Notes: generated by a model from the sequence alone, not told the origin. A stretch of 64,000 nucleotides of DNA from Promethearchaeota archaeon (GCA_016840085.1 JAEOTA010000086.1:128001-192000); one strand, 5' to 3'; positions 10,417 to 21,502 are shown, counted from the first letter of the stretch. Numbers and translations are program-made.

Positions 10417-10992
10417 CTAATATATGATATTATTTTTTGGGCGTCTTTTCAATTTAAGACCACAAATTTCACAAATTTTATTAAAATCTTCAGTTTTATG
10501 AATAGTTTTGCAATTTGGGCAATAAATTTCCCATATTATCTTTTTCTCAATCCCATCTTTATATAATGAAGTATATGGTATATTTAATTCAGAACATACA
10601 TTCTCAATTGAATAATCATTAGTATAAAGGTTTACTTTTTGATGATAATTCACAGATAATTCTAATGTTAATGCTATTAATCCTTTATCAACATTTGATA
10701 AAGCATTTAAATCACCTGTTATTTTAGATTTTTTATTTACATCTCGGATGTATTTAATACTAGGGATTTTTATCCTTAATTTTTCACTCTCGATAGCAGC
10801 GTAAATTTTATTTAATATATGTCTATTTTTTTCCATGTATTTACTGACTTTTACTTCTTCAATTACATATGGGGTGGTATATATGATGCTTTTAAATAGA
10901 TTAAAATCAATTCCCGTAAGGAATATATTTGTATCAAAAACAGCAATTTGATCTTTATCTTTTATATCGTCATTCTTCAGGTGAGTCATCAA
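10417..10992 (-). CDS. nob1: Nob1 rRNA-processing endonuclease (PIN domain plus zinc ribbon)
   Basis: VFDTN, TGDLNALSNVD, TNDYSIEN, CPNC...CEICG. Confidence 0.9.
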   Translation of the reverse strand: MMTHLKNDDIKDKDQIAVFDTNIFLTGIDFNLFKSIIYTTPYVIEEVKVSKYMEKNRHILNKIYAAIESEKLRIKIPSIKYIRDVNKKSKITGDLNALSNVDKGLIALTLELSVNYHQKVNLYTNDYSIENVCSELNIPYTSLYKDGIEKKIIWEIYCPNCKTIHKTEDFNKICEICGLKLKRRPKNNIIY

Positions 10993-11866
10993 TGGGTACT
11001 CTCAATGTTCCTATAATTTTCTTCCTTAAACGAGAATAATAACTTCTACTAAATCGAATGAATTTTGTTTGAGATTTGGATTTACGAATTCTAATTTTAG
11101 TATTAGGAGGAATTTCTTTAATGGTTCTCTGACCATCTATAACAATTTTAGCATTTAATCGTGGTCGTAAAAGCTGGATCTCAATTTCTGAGTCTATCGG
11201 AACTATTATTGGTTTTAACCCAGATCCAGCAAAACTATTTAATGGAGTGATTTGCATAATTTCCAAATTTGGATTAACTATTGCCCCACCAGCACTTAAG
11301 TTATAAGCTGTAGATCCAACAGATGTAGAAATTATTACACCATCTAAATAGGATCGGTTTAAAAAGGCACCATTAATTTTTATTGATACTTGTAAAACTT
11401 TAGAGCTTTTAGAAGATACAATTAAAACTTCATTTAATGCACTGTTAAGTTTTACTTCTTCAGAGTTCTTAACTATATATGGTGTAATTTTCGAACATAC
11501 TTCACAATCATATTCACCACTTGAAGCTTTTATTAAATCTTTAAATACAGTTCTTTCATTTGATTCGTCTAAAAAGCCTATGGAACCAACATTGACTCCC
11601 AAAATAGGTGGTGGGTTTTTTTGAGATAAACCATTTGCCACTCTTAATATTGATCCATCACCACCTATTATAACAATAAATTCTATATTCTCAGTGGTCA
11701 TTTCTGCTAAATCCATACCATTATGTGCGAATATTTTAGGAGCGATCCTCGTTTCTAAATACACAACTTCTCCTTTTTGAATTAAAAATTCAAATATTCT
11801 CTTTGCTACTTTAATTGCTCTTTCAGAATCCAATCTGCAAGCTATAGCAATAGGTTTTTTTTCCAT
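10970..11866 (-). CDS. nadK: NAD(+) kinase
   Basis: GGDGS, GVNVGSIGFL, ALNE, GSTAYNLSAGG. Confidence 0.95.
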   Translation of the reverse strand: MEKKPIAIACRLDSERAIKVAKRIFEFLIQKGEVVYLETRIAPKIFAHNGMDLAEMTTENIEFIVIIGGDGSILRVANGLSQKNPPPILGVNVGSIGFLDESNERTVFKDLIKASSGEYDCEVCSKITPYIVKNSEEVKLNSALNEVLIVSSKSSKVLQVSIKINGAFLNRSYLDGVIISTSVGSTAYNLSAGGAIVNPNLEIMQITPLNSFAGSGLKPIIVPIDSEIEIQLLRPRLNAKIVIDGQRTIKEIPPNTKIRIRKSKSQTKFIRFSRSYYSRLRKKIIGTLRVPIDDSPEE

Positions 11867-11986
11867 GGTTATATGTCATTCTTTAATAAGATCCTAACTA
11901 ATTAAATATTGTTTATTACAAAAATAAATAATTATATAAAAAATATAATTAATGATTAATGAAGCCGTAAAATGATTTAGGTGTGC

Positions 11987-12415
11987 CTAGTTTGTAAAAA
12001 CCCTATTAATAAGAGTTTTACCGGCTAATTGCCAAAATTCTACTTGCGTAGCTGAAATTTTATCAGGATTTGTTTGAAGATCTTTCAGTTTTTTAATTAA
12101 AACCTCATCACTGGGCCAATCAACATCAATTGATTCATAAGATTCTAAATTCATTATGTTGATCGAAGCAACTTCGATAAAATTAATTTGAGCATTTCCT
12201 TTGATAATTTCAGGAATTTCTACCATCGAACCACTTGGAAATGTTAAACTTCTCTTATTATTATCAAATACTCCTACACAAACGACTCTTACTTTTGCAT
12301 GACCATGCTTTCCACTCTTAGAACGCTCAGTGCTTTTAATAATGCAAGGTTCTTCATCATCCATAATATATTGCCCTGATTTTAACTTTTGTATCTCTGT
12401 TCTTCTAATAGACAA
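11987..12415 (-). CDS. eif5a: Translation factor aIF5A/eIF5A
   Basis: Hypusine loop SKSGKHGHAK; TTG start with GGTGG upstream. Confidence 0.95.
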   Translation of the reverse strand: MSIRRTEIQKLKSGQYIMDDEEPCIIKSTERSKSGKHGHAKVRVVCVGVFDNNKRSLTFPSGSMVEIPEIIKGNAQINFIEVASINIMNLESYESIDVDWPSDEVLIKKLKDLQTNPDKISATQVEFWQLAGKTLINRVFTN

Positions 12416-12567
12416 TTACTTTTCCACCTTAGTTTATCAATTTTTATCCAAATATTTTTAATTTTGATATTTCTTTTAATTTATAATATAATATATTTAT
12501 TCAAAAAAAAATATTAGTTTTTGATTATTATCTCAAATAATTCAACTAAATCTTTAGCTGGGATTTA

Positions 12568-13941
12568 ATGGTTTTATCACAACTTGGTAGATCTTTAGAT
12601 AATGCAATTCGAAAAATTAGACGACTTCCTATCGTGGATAAAGATGCAATAAATGCTCTTATTCAGGACTTACAACGAAGTCTACTTAGTTCGGATGTAA
12701 AAGTGGAATTAGTCTTCCAGATGACAGAAAATATTAGAAAAGAAGCGACACGTACTAAACTTCAAAAAGCAAGAAGGAAAGATTTTGTAATTAAATTAGT
12801 ACATGATGAGCTAATAAATCTTTTAGGAGGGAAACCAGCTCCGATACGTATAAAACCAGGAAAGAAGAATGTAATTCTACTTGTTGGTATTCAAGGTTCA
12901 GGTAAGACAACCACAATTGCAAAATTAGCAAAGTATTATAAAAGTAAAGGATTTAAGGTTGCCACATTGACTACTGATACTTGGCGACCTGGAGCTTATG
13001 AACAACTTGTCCAATTGTCAGAGCAAGTGGGAATAAAATGTTATGGTAATCCTAATGAAAAAAATGCTATTAAGATTGCTATTCAAGAAACAAAAAGAGC
13101 AATAAATGATGGGAATGATCTTATTATCGCAGATACTGCAGGTAGACATAAAGAAGAAAAAGAACTAATGAAAGAAATGTCAGTTCTTGAAGAAAAATTA
13201 AAACCAAATGAAATTATTTTAGTAATTGATGGTACCTTAGGTCAACAAGCATTTAAACAAGCAGAGGCTTTTGCTCAGACAACTAATTTAGGCTCAATTA
13301 TAGTCACTAAATTAGATGGAACTGCTAAAGGTGGTGGTGCTTTATCAGCTTGTGCAGCAGCAAAGGTAGGTATTCGTTTCATAGGGACAGGAGAAAAAAT
13401 AGAAAATCTCGAAGAGTTTGAATCATCTAAATTTGTTGGAACATTACTTGGTATCCCTGATATCGAAAGTTTAATCCAAAAAGTACAAGAAGCAGAAGTC
13501 GTTCCAGATGATGAAACAGTCAGAAGGATGATGATGGGGAAATTTACTCTTGAAGATTTATATATACAACTTACGAATATAAAAAAAGTTGGAAAATTTA
13601 AACAGATTTTATCTATGATGGGTGGAGGTAATATCCCAGATGTATTAAAGGAAGATGCTGAAAGGAATCTCGAAAAATGGAGGATTGTGTTAGATTCGAT
13701 GACCCATGAAGAGAAGATCAATCCCAAAATCATTAAAAAAACACGAAAAAGAAGAATTGCTATTGGAAGTGGGACAGAATATGCAGTGATTAATCGAATG
13801 CTTGAACAATATTCACAAATGAAAAAATTTATGCGAAGATTCCTCCAAATGCAGAAAAAAGGGAAAGGAGTCCCGGGGTTGCCGGGAATTCCTGGGGGAA
13901 AAGCGGCAGCAGATTTTATGAAAAAATTAGGTAAGTTTTAG
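12568..13941 (+). CDS. srp54: Signal recognition particle protein SRP54
   Basis: GIQGSGKTT, DTAGRH, TKLDGTAKGGG; Met-rich M domain with RIAIGSG. Confidence 0.97.
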   Translation: MVLSQLGRSLDNAIRKIRRLPIVDKDAINALIQDLQRSLLSSDVKVELVFQMTENIRKEATRTKLQKARRKDFVIKLVHDELINLLGGKPAPIRIKPGKKNVILLVGIQGSGKTTTIAKLAKYYKSKGFKVATLTTDTWRPGAYEQLVQLSEQVGIKCYGNPNEKNAIKIAIQETKRAINDGNDLIIADTAGRHKEEKELMKEMSVLEEKLKPNEIILVIDGTLGQQAFKQAEAFAQTTNLGSIIVTKLDGTAKGGGALSACAAAKVGIRFIGTGEKIENLEEFESSKFVGTLLGIPDIESLIQKVQEAEVVPDDETVRRMMMGKFTLEDLYIQLTNIKKVGKFKQILSMMGGGNIPDVLKEDAERNLEKWRIVLDSMTHEEKINPKIIKKTRKRRIAIGSGTEYAVINRMLEQYSQMKKFMRRFLQMQKKGKGVPGLPGIPGGKAAADFMKKLGKF

Positions 13942-13963
13942 ATCAACAATTAGAGCCTTTTAT

Positions 13964-14620
13964 TTGATTAAATTGGTAAATTTTCTACTTCTATTAAAAA
14001 AGATTACCGACTATAGTAAAAAGGATATTGATAAAGGAAATATTCCTATTATTATTTATGAATTATGTTCATGTATAAGAGAGGCCTTCTGTTTATCTTA
14101 TTCTATAAGAAAGGATAATAATTTATACTTATATTTTGAAAAAGAGTATGTTTTAATTAGATTTAAAGGAAAAAGATTAAGATATTTAGGTCCTGATGAG
14201 AGATCTCAAGCAATACTTTTAGATAAGGCCTTAAATAAAGCAAGACAGATCATCTCTCCAGAAAGTGAAAGATGGGAGAAATCAACTCCAGGAATATATA
14301 TAAAAAAATACTCTGATAATAATTCTTTTATGAATTCTTTTTTTTCAAATAAAAAAGGAAAGATATATCTCATTTTAGATAATTTTAAAGAAAATAATAA
14401 AAAAATAGATATTCTTTCATTAGATAAGGACTTCTTAGCTATTTTGGATAATGATTTTTATATTATTCCGACTTATAATACTTTAAATGAAAATATGGAA
14501 TTTTTAGAATTATTCAAAACCTTAAAAAATATATTGAGATTATCCATTCCAAAAGCTAAAACAATAGAAAATAAAATTCTATATTTAAATTTTCGTAAGG
14601 ATCAACAAACAAATCTATAA
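13964..14620 (+). CDS. Divergent TrmY-like (SPOUT, tRNA m1Psi54 methyltransferase family) protein
   Basis: AFCLSYSIRKD, LRYLGPDERS and STPGIY match the TrmY pattern; the C-terminal SAM-binding motif is not recognisable. Confidence 0.65.
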   Translation: MIKLVNFLLLLKKITDYSKKDIDKGNIPIIIYELCSCIREAFCLSYSIRKDNNLYLYFEKEYVLIRFKGKRLRYLGPDERSQAILLDKALNKARQIISPESERWEKSTPGIYIKKYSDNNSFMNSFFSNKKGKIYLILDNFKENNKKIDILSLDKDFLAILDNDFYIIPTYNTLNENMEFLELFKTLKNILRLSIPKAKTIENKILYLNFRKDQQTNL

Positions 14621-14635
14621 TATTAAAACATAGAT

Positions 14636-16030
14636 ATGATTTTAAAAAACGCAAGAGTTTATTCTGATGGTTTAATTCATAATGGAGCTATTCTCATCAA
14701 TAATGGTATTATAAGTCAAATTAAATTTACCTCTAAAGCAGAAGAATTTAAAGAATTAACTGAAAAAAATCAAGATGGTAAAGAAATTGATTGTCAAAAT
14801 AAATTAATCTTGCCAGGGATAATCGATATTCATTCTCATTTGCGTGATATGGGACAAAAAGAAAAAGAAACATTCCTAACTGGTACGATGGCAGCTGCTT
14901 TTTCAGGGATAACAACCATATTTAATATGCCAAACACAAAACCACCAGCTATTACTGAAAAACAAGTTAAATCATGGATTAGAGAAGCCGAAAAAAATAT
15001 TTATGTAGATGTAGGATTTATAGCAGGGGTTCCTAATGAAATAAATGAAGCTGAAATAGAAAAAATCATTAATTTAGGCATTTTTGGTTTCAAGATTTAC
15101 CCTCTTAGTCCTTTAAATGATATAGATTGGAATAATGGTGTAAATATTCAAAAAATCCTAATTATCTCTTCTAAATACCAAGTTCCGATATTTATTCATG
15201 CTGCATTTCCTATCTCTGATTTTGAAAGAGAACAAATTACTGAAGAATTTAAAATTCAAAAAATTCCAATATTAGAATTTCATAATAGATTAAATCCAGT
15301 TAAAACAGAGGAAGAGTATATTAGCTTTATAATTGAAAGCTATAAAAAGCTTATTATAGAAGAGGAATTTAATCCAAAGAAATATCCAATCATTCATTTT
15401 TGTCATGTGAGTTGTATCGAAAGCTATTTAACTATTCAAAGAGCCTTAAAATCAGATGACGATTTAAAAATATCTTACGAGGTCACACCACATCATCTAC
15501 TATTGTCAAATAATCTAACTTTAACAAATGTTAATTATGGAAAAGTATTACCTCCTTTAAGAAAACTGGAGCATCAAAAATTCTTATTCAATGAGTTAAA
15601 AGAAGGGAAAATTGAAATAATAGGCACTGATCATGCACCCCACACAATAGAGGAAAAATCGTTAGAATATCTCAAAGCACCATCAGGGTTCCCCGGTTTT
15701 GAAACATATCCATTATTAATTCTTGATAAAATATTTAATTTCGAACTTCCATTAGAGAATTTTGTTAAGGCATCCTCTGAGAATCCCGCTAAGAAATTCA
15801 ATTTAAAAAGTAAAGGTTTTATTAAAGAAGGTTATGATGCTGATTTATTAATTGTTGATAAAGTACCCAAATACCAACTAAATCTAAACAATTTTAGGAC
15901 CAAAGCTAAATTTTCTCCTTTTGAAAATTTTAAAACTAGTGTTCAGATTTGGAAAGTATTTTTAAGGGGAATTGAAATAAATTATAATAATATTAACCCA
16001 AATGGAAAAATAATATATAGAAAGTTATAA
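14636..16030 (+). CDS. pyrC: Dihydroorotase
   Basis: PGIIDIHSHLR, MPNTKP, CHVS, EVTPHHL, PPLR, TDHAPH. Confidence 0.9.
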   Translation: MILKNARVYSDGLIHNGAILINNGIISQIKFTSKAEEFKELTEKNQDGKEIDCQNKLILPGIIDIHSHLRDMGQKEKETFLTGTMAAAFSGITTIFNMPNTKPPAITEKQVKSWIREAEKNIYVDVGFIAGVPNEINEAEIEKIINLGIFGFKIYPLSPLNDIDWNNGVNIQKILIISSKYQVPIFIHAAFPISDFEREQITEEFKIQKIPILEFHNRLNPVKTEEEYISFIIESYKKLIIEEEFNPKKYPIIHFCHVSCIESYLTIQRALKSDDDLKISYEVTPHHLLLSNNLTLTNVNYGKVLPPLRKLEHQKFLFNELKEGKIEIIGTDHAPHTIEEKSLEYLKAPSGFPGFETYPLLILDKIFNFELPLENFVKASSENPAKKFNLKSKGFIKEGYDADLLIVDKVPKYQLNLNNFRTKAKFSPFENFKTSVQIWKVFLRGIEINYNNINPNGKIIYRKL

Positions 16031-16090
16031 AGTATATATGCTAAAACAGTATAATTATATATAACTCATTTGAATGATAGGAGCTATAAC

Positions 16091-16720
16091 ATGTCTAAAA
16101 ATGATGAATTTAATTTAGAAGAAGGGAGAATACTATTAGAATTCGCTCGAAAAAATATTGAATTTTTTTTAGAAAACAATAGGAGAATTCCAGTACCAGA
16201 AGAAATAAAAGAAAAATTTCAAAGTAAATATGGTGCTTTTGTTACTTTAAATAAATTTAATGTTACAGGAAATCAATTAAGAGGATGTATTGGTTATATT
16301 GAACCTACATATCCATTGTATGACGTTATACACAGAGTCTCTATCAGTTCAGCTATAGAAGATCCACGATTTCCCTCCGTTTTACTAGAAGAAATGGATG
16401 AAATAATCATTGAATTATCGATATTAACACCACCCAAATTAATTAAAGTGGAAAATACAAATGGTTACTTCAATAAAATTGTAATTGGGAGAGATGGGCT
16501 TATAGCAGAGAGAGGGATGAGAAGAGGTTTACTTCTTCCTCAAGTACCTGTTGATCATGACAGAAATTGGGATGTAGAAACGTTTCTTTCACATACATGT
16601 AAAAAAGCGTGGTTACCAAAAGATGCATGGAAAGAAAAAGAGACAAAAATTTATTCTTTTCAAGCAATTCTATTTGAAGAGAAGACACCAAGAGGAGAAG
16701 TAATAAGAAAATATTTATGA
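16091..16720 (+). CDS. AMMECR1-domain protein
   Basis: GAFVTL, LRGCIG, EDPRF, GLLLPQV; ATG at 16091 preceded by AGGAG. Confidence 0.93.
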   Translation: MSKNDEFNLEEGRILLEFARKNIEFFLENNRRIPVPEEIKEKFQSKYGAFVTLNKFNVTGNQLRGCIGYIEPTYPLYDVIHRVSISSAIEDPRFPSVLLEEMDEIIIELSILTPPKLIKVENTNGYFNKIVIGRDGLIAERGMRRGLLLPQVPVDHDRNWDVETFLSHTCKKAWLPKDAWKEKETKIYSFQAILFEEKTPRGEVIRKYL

Positions 16721-16829
16721 AAATAATTAATCTTTACTTTTAAGAAGGGAACTTAAAAAGATTTTACAAATTACTTTATCATTGAATTTAGATAAATTAG
16801 AAAATTAAAAAATAAGGATTACCTATTAA

Positions 16830-18338
16830 ATGGAAAGTTCTGATAATAAAATCCTAACAATTGATATATCTTCCAATAATATAAAAGTAGGTTTAGTTTC
16901 AGAAAAATTAGAATTAGAAGCTTACTCACTTCAACCTTATGAAATAATTAATGAAGATATCGATGGATTTGCAAAATCAATTGATATGACCAACCTTTGG
17001 AAACAAATTAATACAGGTATTAAAAATGTATTAAAAAGGGGAAAATTTGAAAGATTACTAGGAATATCTTCATGCGGACAAAGGATGGCAGTTGTTTTCT
17101 TAGATAAAGCAGGTAATGAAATTTATGGTGGTCCTAATACAGATATTAGGGGTATTGATTCTGCCTATCTTATAGAAGACCACTTCTCTGAAGAGGAATT
17201 ATTTAAAATTACTGGTCATAGCCCTTCTGTGATGTTTGTATTAGCTCGCTTATTATGGTTTCAAGAAGAAGAGGAGGATAAATTTAAACAAATTAGTAAA
17301 ATATTGATGCTTGATGATTGGATTGTATATAAACTCACTGGAGAATGTTATACTGACTATACATCTGTTGGTGAATCTCAACTTTTTGACGTGAATAAAA
17401 AAACATGGAGTTCAGAAATTATAGACGCATTTAATTTTGACAATGAAATATTTCCTGAAATTGTGAAATCTGGAACAGTTATAGGTAATTTGAAATCGGA
17501 ATTAATCAAAAAGTATGGAATAAAACAGATCGAGATTCCTGTTATCAAAGGTTGTGGGGATACCCAAGCAAATTTAATAGGTATGGGAGTAATTGAAGAT
17601 GGAAATATAGGAATAACTTTAGGTACAACAGCTCCAGTTCATTTAGTTGTAAATAAACCTATATTTGACACTGAATTAAATTTTTGGACAGAATGTCATA
17701 TAATTGATGATAAATGGCTAATTGAGGCAAATACTGGAAGTGCAGGTAGAGTCTATGATTGGTTTAAAGATGCATTTCTACATAATACCATAATAAATGG
17801 CGATGACTTAATGCAATCCTATTTGCATAAAAGTAAACCTGGAGCAGATTCAACTTATGCGTTTTTAGGACCTGAACTTATGGCAATTAAAGATATGACT
17901 TCAATTAAGAGGGGAGTCTTCACTTTTCAGCCTCCAAGCATGATTGGTGAAAGATTGCCAAAAATAGAAAACTTTGCTAGAAGTTCTATTGAAAATATAT
18001 GTTTTGGAGTATTAGAAAATGTTCAAGCTTTATGTAAATTTACCGATTCAGATGTGAAAATATTTACTTCAGGTGGAATGTCAAAGTCAAAGGAATTATG
18101 TAAAATTTTAGCAAATGTTTTGAATAAAAATTTGCATGTACCTTTGGTTAAAGAATCAGCATTTATAGGATGTGCTATGAACGTATTAGTAGGTTTGAAA
18201 TTATATTCTAATTATAAAATAATTTTAGATAAATTGGTAAATTTTGAAAAATTCCATGTTGATTCTTCTATTTCAGAGGATTACAAAAATATATATACTG
18301 AGTGGAAGAATTTAAAAAATAAATTAGATGATTTATAA
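16830..18338 (+). CDS. Divergent FGGY-family carbohydrate kinase
   Basis: SSCGQR, LLWF, GDTQANLIGMG, LGTT, SGGMSKS; N-terminal motif is DISSN rather than DxGT. Confidence 0.85.
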   Translation: MESSDNKILTIDISSNNIKVGLVSEKLELEAYSLQPYEIINEDIDGFAKSIDMTNLWKQINTGIKNVLKRGKFERLLGISSCGQRMAVVFLDKAGNEIYGGPNTDIRGIDSAYLIEDHFSEEELFKITGHSPSVMFVLARLLWFQEEEEDKFKQISKILMLDDWIVYKLTGECYTDYTSVGESQLFDVNKKTWSSEIIDAFNFDNEIFPEIVKSGTVIGNLKSELIKKYGIKQIEIPVIKGCGDTQANLIGMGVIEDGNIGITLGTTAPVHLVVNKPIFDTELNFWTECHIIDDKWLIEANTGSAGRVYDWFKDAFLHNTIINGDDLMQSYLHKSKPGADSTYAFLGPELMAIKDMTSIKRGVFTFQPPSMIGERLPKIENFARSSIENICFGVLENVQALCKFTDSDVKIFTSGGMSKSKELCKILANVLNKNLHVPLVKESAFIGCAMNVLVGLKLYSNYKIILDKLVNFEKFHVDSSISEDYKNIYTEWKNLKNKLDDL

Positions 18339-18347
18339 ATACTTGTT

Positions 18348-19127
18348 TCATTTCTTTATAAACGGTTTTAGTTCTTTACCTTTTTTCCAATACCATTCAA
18401 ACAATTCCATAGACCATTTTATAAAAGTTTCAATGTTATCAAATAAACATTCACTATAGTCAATTTTTCCCTCTCTTCTTAAAAAAAGAATCGCTCCTTT
18501 ATCAGAAACTAAGAGAGAGAAATCAATTTGTGTCAAAACTCTAATATTCTCTGTTATATTTAACTTTTGGTAAAAAGCATGACGATCTTCTAATTTCTCA
18601 TAGCTTTTTGACTTTAAAACAGTTTCATCTACTAACGCTCGGATATCAAATGATATATTATTAATTTTTTTTTCTACTACAGGTAGAATTGAATCTTGAA
18701 ACTGATCTGAAATTGCTAAGATGTATTTTTCTGAATCTTTAATTAGATGCAACCATAATTCTATATTTTGCATTGTACCCTTGTTTATTCTGAGAGTTTT
18801 TAAATTTCCTAATTGCAAAATTAAATTCAATGGGAGATCATATATATTATGGTTATTAAAATAATTCTCATACTTTAATGATATTTTAAAAATATCTAAT
18901 GTTTGTAGGAAAAATCTACCTATATTTGTAATCTCATATTTATTATCTCTATCTTTTTTAACTAAATTTTTCGCGATAAGTCTCTTTAAATGACGGGAAA
19001 CTTCAGATCCTCGTATATCCAATTCTTTTTCTATTTGACTGTGTCGCTTACTTTCATTAAATAGACATTTAAATACCTTAAATCTCCCTTCATTTGAAAA
19101 TTCAAAAAACAATTCATTAATTCTCAA
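18348..19127 (-). CDS. ArsR-type wHTH transcriptional regulator with archaeal DUF1724-like C-terminal domain
   Basis: EVSRHLKRL...YEITNIG HTH; C-terminal WSMELFEWYW. Confidence 0.85.
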   Translation of the reverse strand: MRINELFFEFSNEGRFKVFKCLFNESKRHSQIEKELDIRGSEVSRHLKRLIAKNLVKKDRDNKYEITNIGRFFLQTLDIFKISLKYENYFNNHNIYDLPLNLILQLGNLKTLRINKGTMQNIELWLHLIKDSEKYILAISDQFQDSILPVVEKKINNISFDIRALVDETVLKSKSYEKLEDRHAFYQKLNITENIRVLTQIDFSLLVSDKGAILFLRREGKIDYSECLFDNIETFIKWSMELFEWYWKKGKELKPFIKK

Positions 19128-19353
19128 AAGTATTCACTACGACAGTTTTTTTTGAAAATATAAGCTTAAAATCTTTAATATTATATTTGTTTAAATTAAT
19201 TAAAAATTATTTTCAATATTCAAAATATTTTTAGAACGAAAAAACAATTTTTAAAGTCATTAGAGGGTTTCTTTATTACATTTTATTCATTTATAATAAT
19301 TAACAAAATGAATTTAATATTGATTCATGAACAATTAAGAAAATGTGAAACTC

Positions 19354-19704
19354 ATGTCACAATTTGAAATAATAAATAATTGTTTAGAAGAAATCAAAAA
19401 TCGTTATAATAATAACGAAAAAATAAGAAAAAAATTAGCTAAGTATGAAGAACCTATTCAATTAACATTTCTAGATACCAATAGAAAAGTACTTATCCTA
19501 ATTAATAAAGATCAAGGGATTGAAATAAAAGATAACACCGGAGATGATACTGCAAATGTAAAAATTGAATTTGCAGGAGAACGAGTAATGATCAACTTAT
19601 TCAATAAGGAATTAGGAGCTGTTAAAGCATACTCTGATGGTAAAATTAAAGTTATTGAGGGTAATATACGAAGCTTAATAAAACTTCGAAGTTTAATATT
19701 CTAA
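19354..19704 (+). CDS. SCP2 sterol-carrier-like protein
   Basis: AVKAYSDGKIKVIEGNIRSLIKL C-terminal SCP2 signature; alternative GTG start at 19345. Confidence 0.75.
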   Translation: MSQFEIINNCLEEIKNRYNNNEKIRKKLAKYEEPIQLTFLDTNRKVLILINKDQGIEIKDNTGDDTANVKIEFAGERVMINLFNKELGAVKAYSDGKIKVIEGNIRSLIKLRSLIF

Positions 19705-19819
19705 CTAACTTCTTTAAAATAAGATTTTATGCAATTACATTTTTTAAATTTTAAATTACTACTACATTGGTGTAGTGTATAATAATAAAGATCTAATTAT
19801 TAAAAAAGGAATGGATGTA

Positions 19820-21502
19820 ATGAAAACTTTAATAACTGCAAAAATTACAGAAGAATGTTTGAAAGAGTTAAAGAAATTAATGGATATCACATATGAACCT
19901 TGGAGAGAAACGGGAGTTATATATTTTGATGTGAAAGAATTTGTAGAAAAATTAAAGGGTTATGATATTCTTATTACTGAAGTTGATGATATTAAAAAAT
20001 CAGAAATTTTTGGTCAAACAGAGCTAAAACTGATTGTATCCTGTAGAGGTGATCCATTTAATATTGATTTAACAACTGCAACTAAAAACAGAATACCAGT
20101 AATAAATACTCCATTAAGAAATGTTGATGCTGTTGCTGAAGCAACAATAGGTTTCATACTATCTTTAGCTAGAAAATTACATAAAGTTGATAGAGTACTG
20201 CATTCGGAAGATTTTGAAGTTTTTGATTTTGAAGATTGGGTGAAATACTTTAATCGATTTGAAGGTGTAGAATTAAAAGGAAAAACTATTGGAATAATAG
20301 GATTTGGACAAATTGGAAAAAGAGTTGCTGATAGATTAAAACCTTTTGGAGTCAATTTTCTTATATATGATCCTTATATTCCAGATGAAAACGCTGACGA
20401 TTACGGTAAGAAAGTAGATATTGATTTCCTAATGAGAGAATCTGATTTTATAACGATACATGCTGTAGCTACTGATGATAATGATAATCTTATTAATAAA
20501 GAACGTATTGATATGATGAAAAAAACTGCTTATATTATAAATACAGCTAAAGGAAGCCTAATTGATTATGATGCATTACATCAAGCTTTAGAAAAAAACA
20601 AAATTGCTGGAGCAGCACTTGATGTTTTCCCAATGGAACCTATTGATGAAGATAATATATTTTTAGAATTAGATAATGTTATTGTGTCTCCTCATATTGG
20701 AGGAAATACAATAGAAATCATAGAGCGCCAATCAAGGATGTTATTAGAAGATATAACATTATGGTTAAATGATAAGATACCAAAGCATATTTTAAATCCA
20801 GAAGTGTTCAAAGATAAAAAAAACTTAGATGTCATATCTAATGTGAGAATCAATAAGATGAGGGCTGAAATTGTTATGCTTTGTGAAAACCTACTAAAAG
20901 AAGGGCATGTAATCAGCTCAGCTGGAAATGTTAGCTTCAGAATGAAGAATAAGGAAAAAGAGATTGTATTAATCACTCCAAGCAATGTAAAATATGATGA
21001 AATGAGTTCTGATGATATCCTTATTATAGATATGGAAGGTAAAGTATTAGAGGGAAAAAGAAATCCTTCTGTAGAAAAAAAAATGCATTTAAGTATATAC
21101 AAAGAAAGGGAAGATGTAAATGCGATAATCCATGCTCATAGTATCTACTCAACTGTGCTAAGTGCTCTTAATCTCTCACTACCACCAATAATGGAAGAAT
21201 TAGTACCATATATAGGTGGAGAAGTTCTGTGTGCGGCATATGGAGAAGCGGGAACTGAAGAATTAGCAGAGGGTGTTATTGCGGCTTTGGAAGAGAGAAA
21301 TGCTGTTTTACTTGCTAACCATGGCAATCTGTGCTGTGGAAGCCACCTAGAAGGAGCATTCACTGTTTTACAATATCTTGAAAGAGGAGCAAAAACGTAT
21401 TATCTAGCCAAACTCATAAAAGATCCAAATCTATTACCCGAAGATACGATAGATTATGAAATGGAGATTTTTGACATATTCAAGGAATCTAAAAAGATTT
21501 AA
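19820..21502 (+). CDS. Fusion of D-2-hydroxyacid dehydrogenase and class II (FucA-like) aldolase
   Basis: GIIGFGQIG, INTAKG, LDVFPMEP, SPHIGG; then GNVS, ITPS, PSVEKKMH, HAHS, LANHG. Confidence 0.9.
   Translation: MKTLITAKITEECLKELKKLMDITYEPWRETGVIYFDVKEFVEKLKGYDILITEVDDIKKSEIFGQTELKLIVSCRGDPFNIDLTTATKNRIPVINTPLRNVDAVAEATIGFILSLARKLHKVDRVLHSEDFEVFDFEDWVKYFNRFEGVELKGKTIGIIGFGQIGKRVADRLKPFGVNFLIYDPYIPDENADDYGKKVDIDFLMRESDFITIHAVATDDNDNLINKERIDMMKKTAYIINTAKGSLIDYDALHQALEKNKIAGAALDVFPMEPIDEDNIFLELDNVIVSPHIGGNTIEIIERQSRMLLEDITLWLNDKIPKHILNPEVFKDKKNLDVISNVRINKMRAEIVMLCENLLKEGHVISSAGNVSFRMKNKEKEIVLITPSNVKYDEMSSDDILIIDMEGKVLEGKRNPSVEKKMHLSIYKEREDVNAIIHAHSIYSTVLSALNLSLPPIMEELVPYIGGEVLCAAYGEAGTEELAEGVIAALEERNAVLLANHGNLCCGSHLEGAFTVLQYLERGAKTYYLAKLIKDPNLLPEDTIDYEMEIFDIFKESKKI

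Noticed and set aside
16091-16720. Complete AMMECR1-Memo-radical SAM system
   Set aside because: The partner genes are absent from the window.
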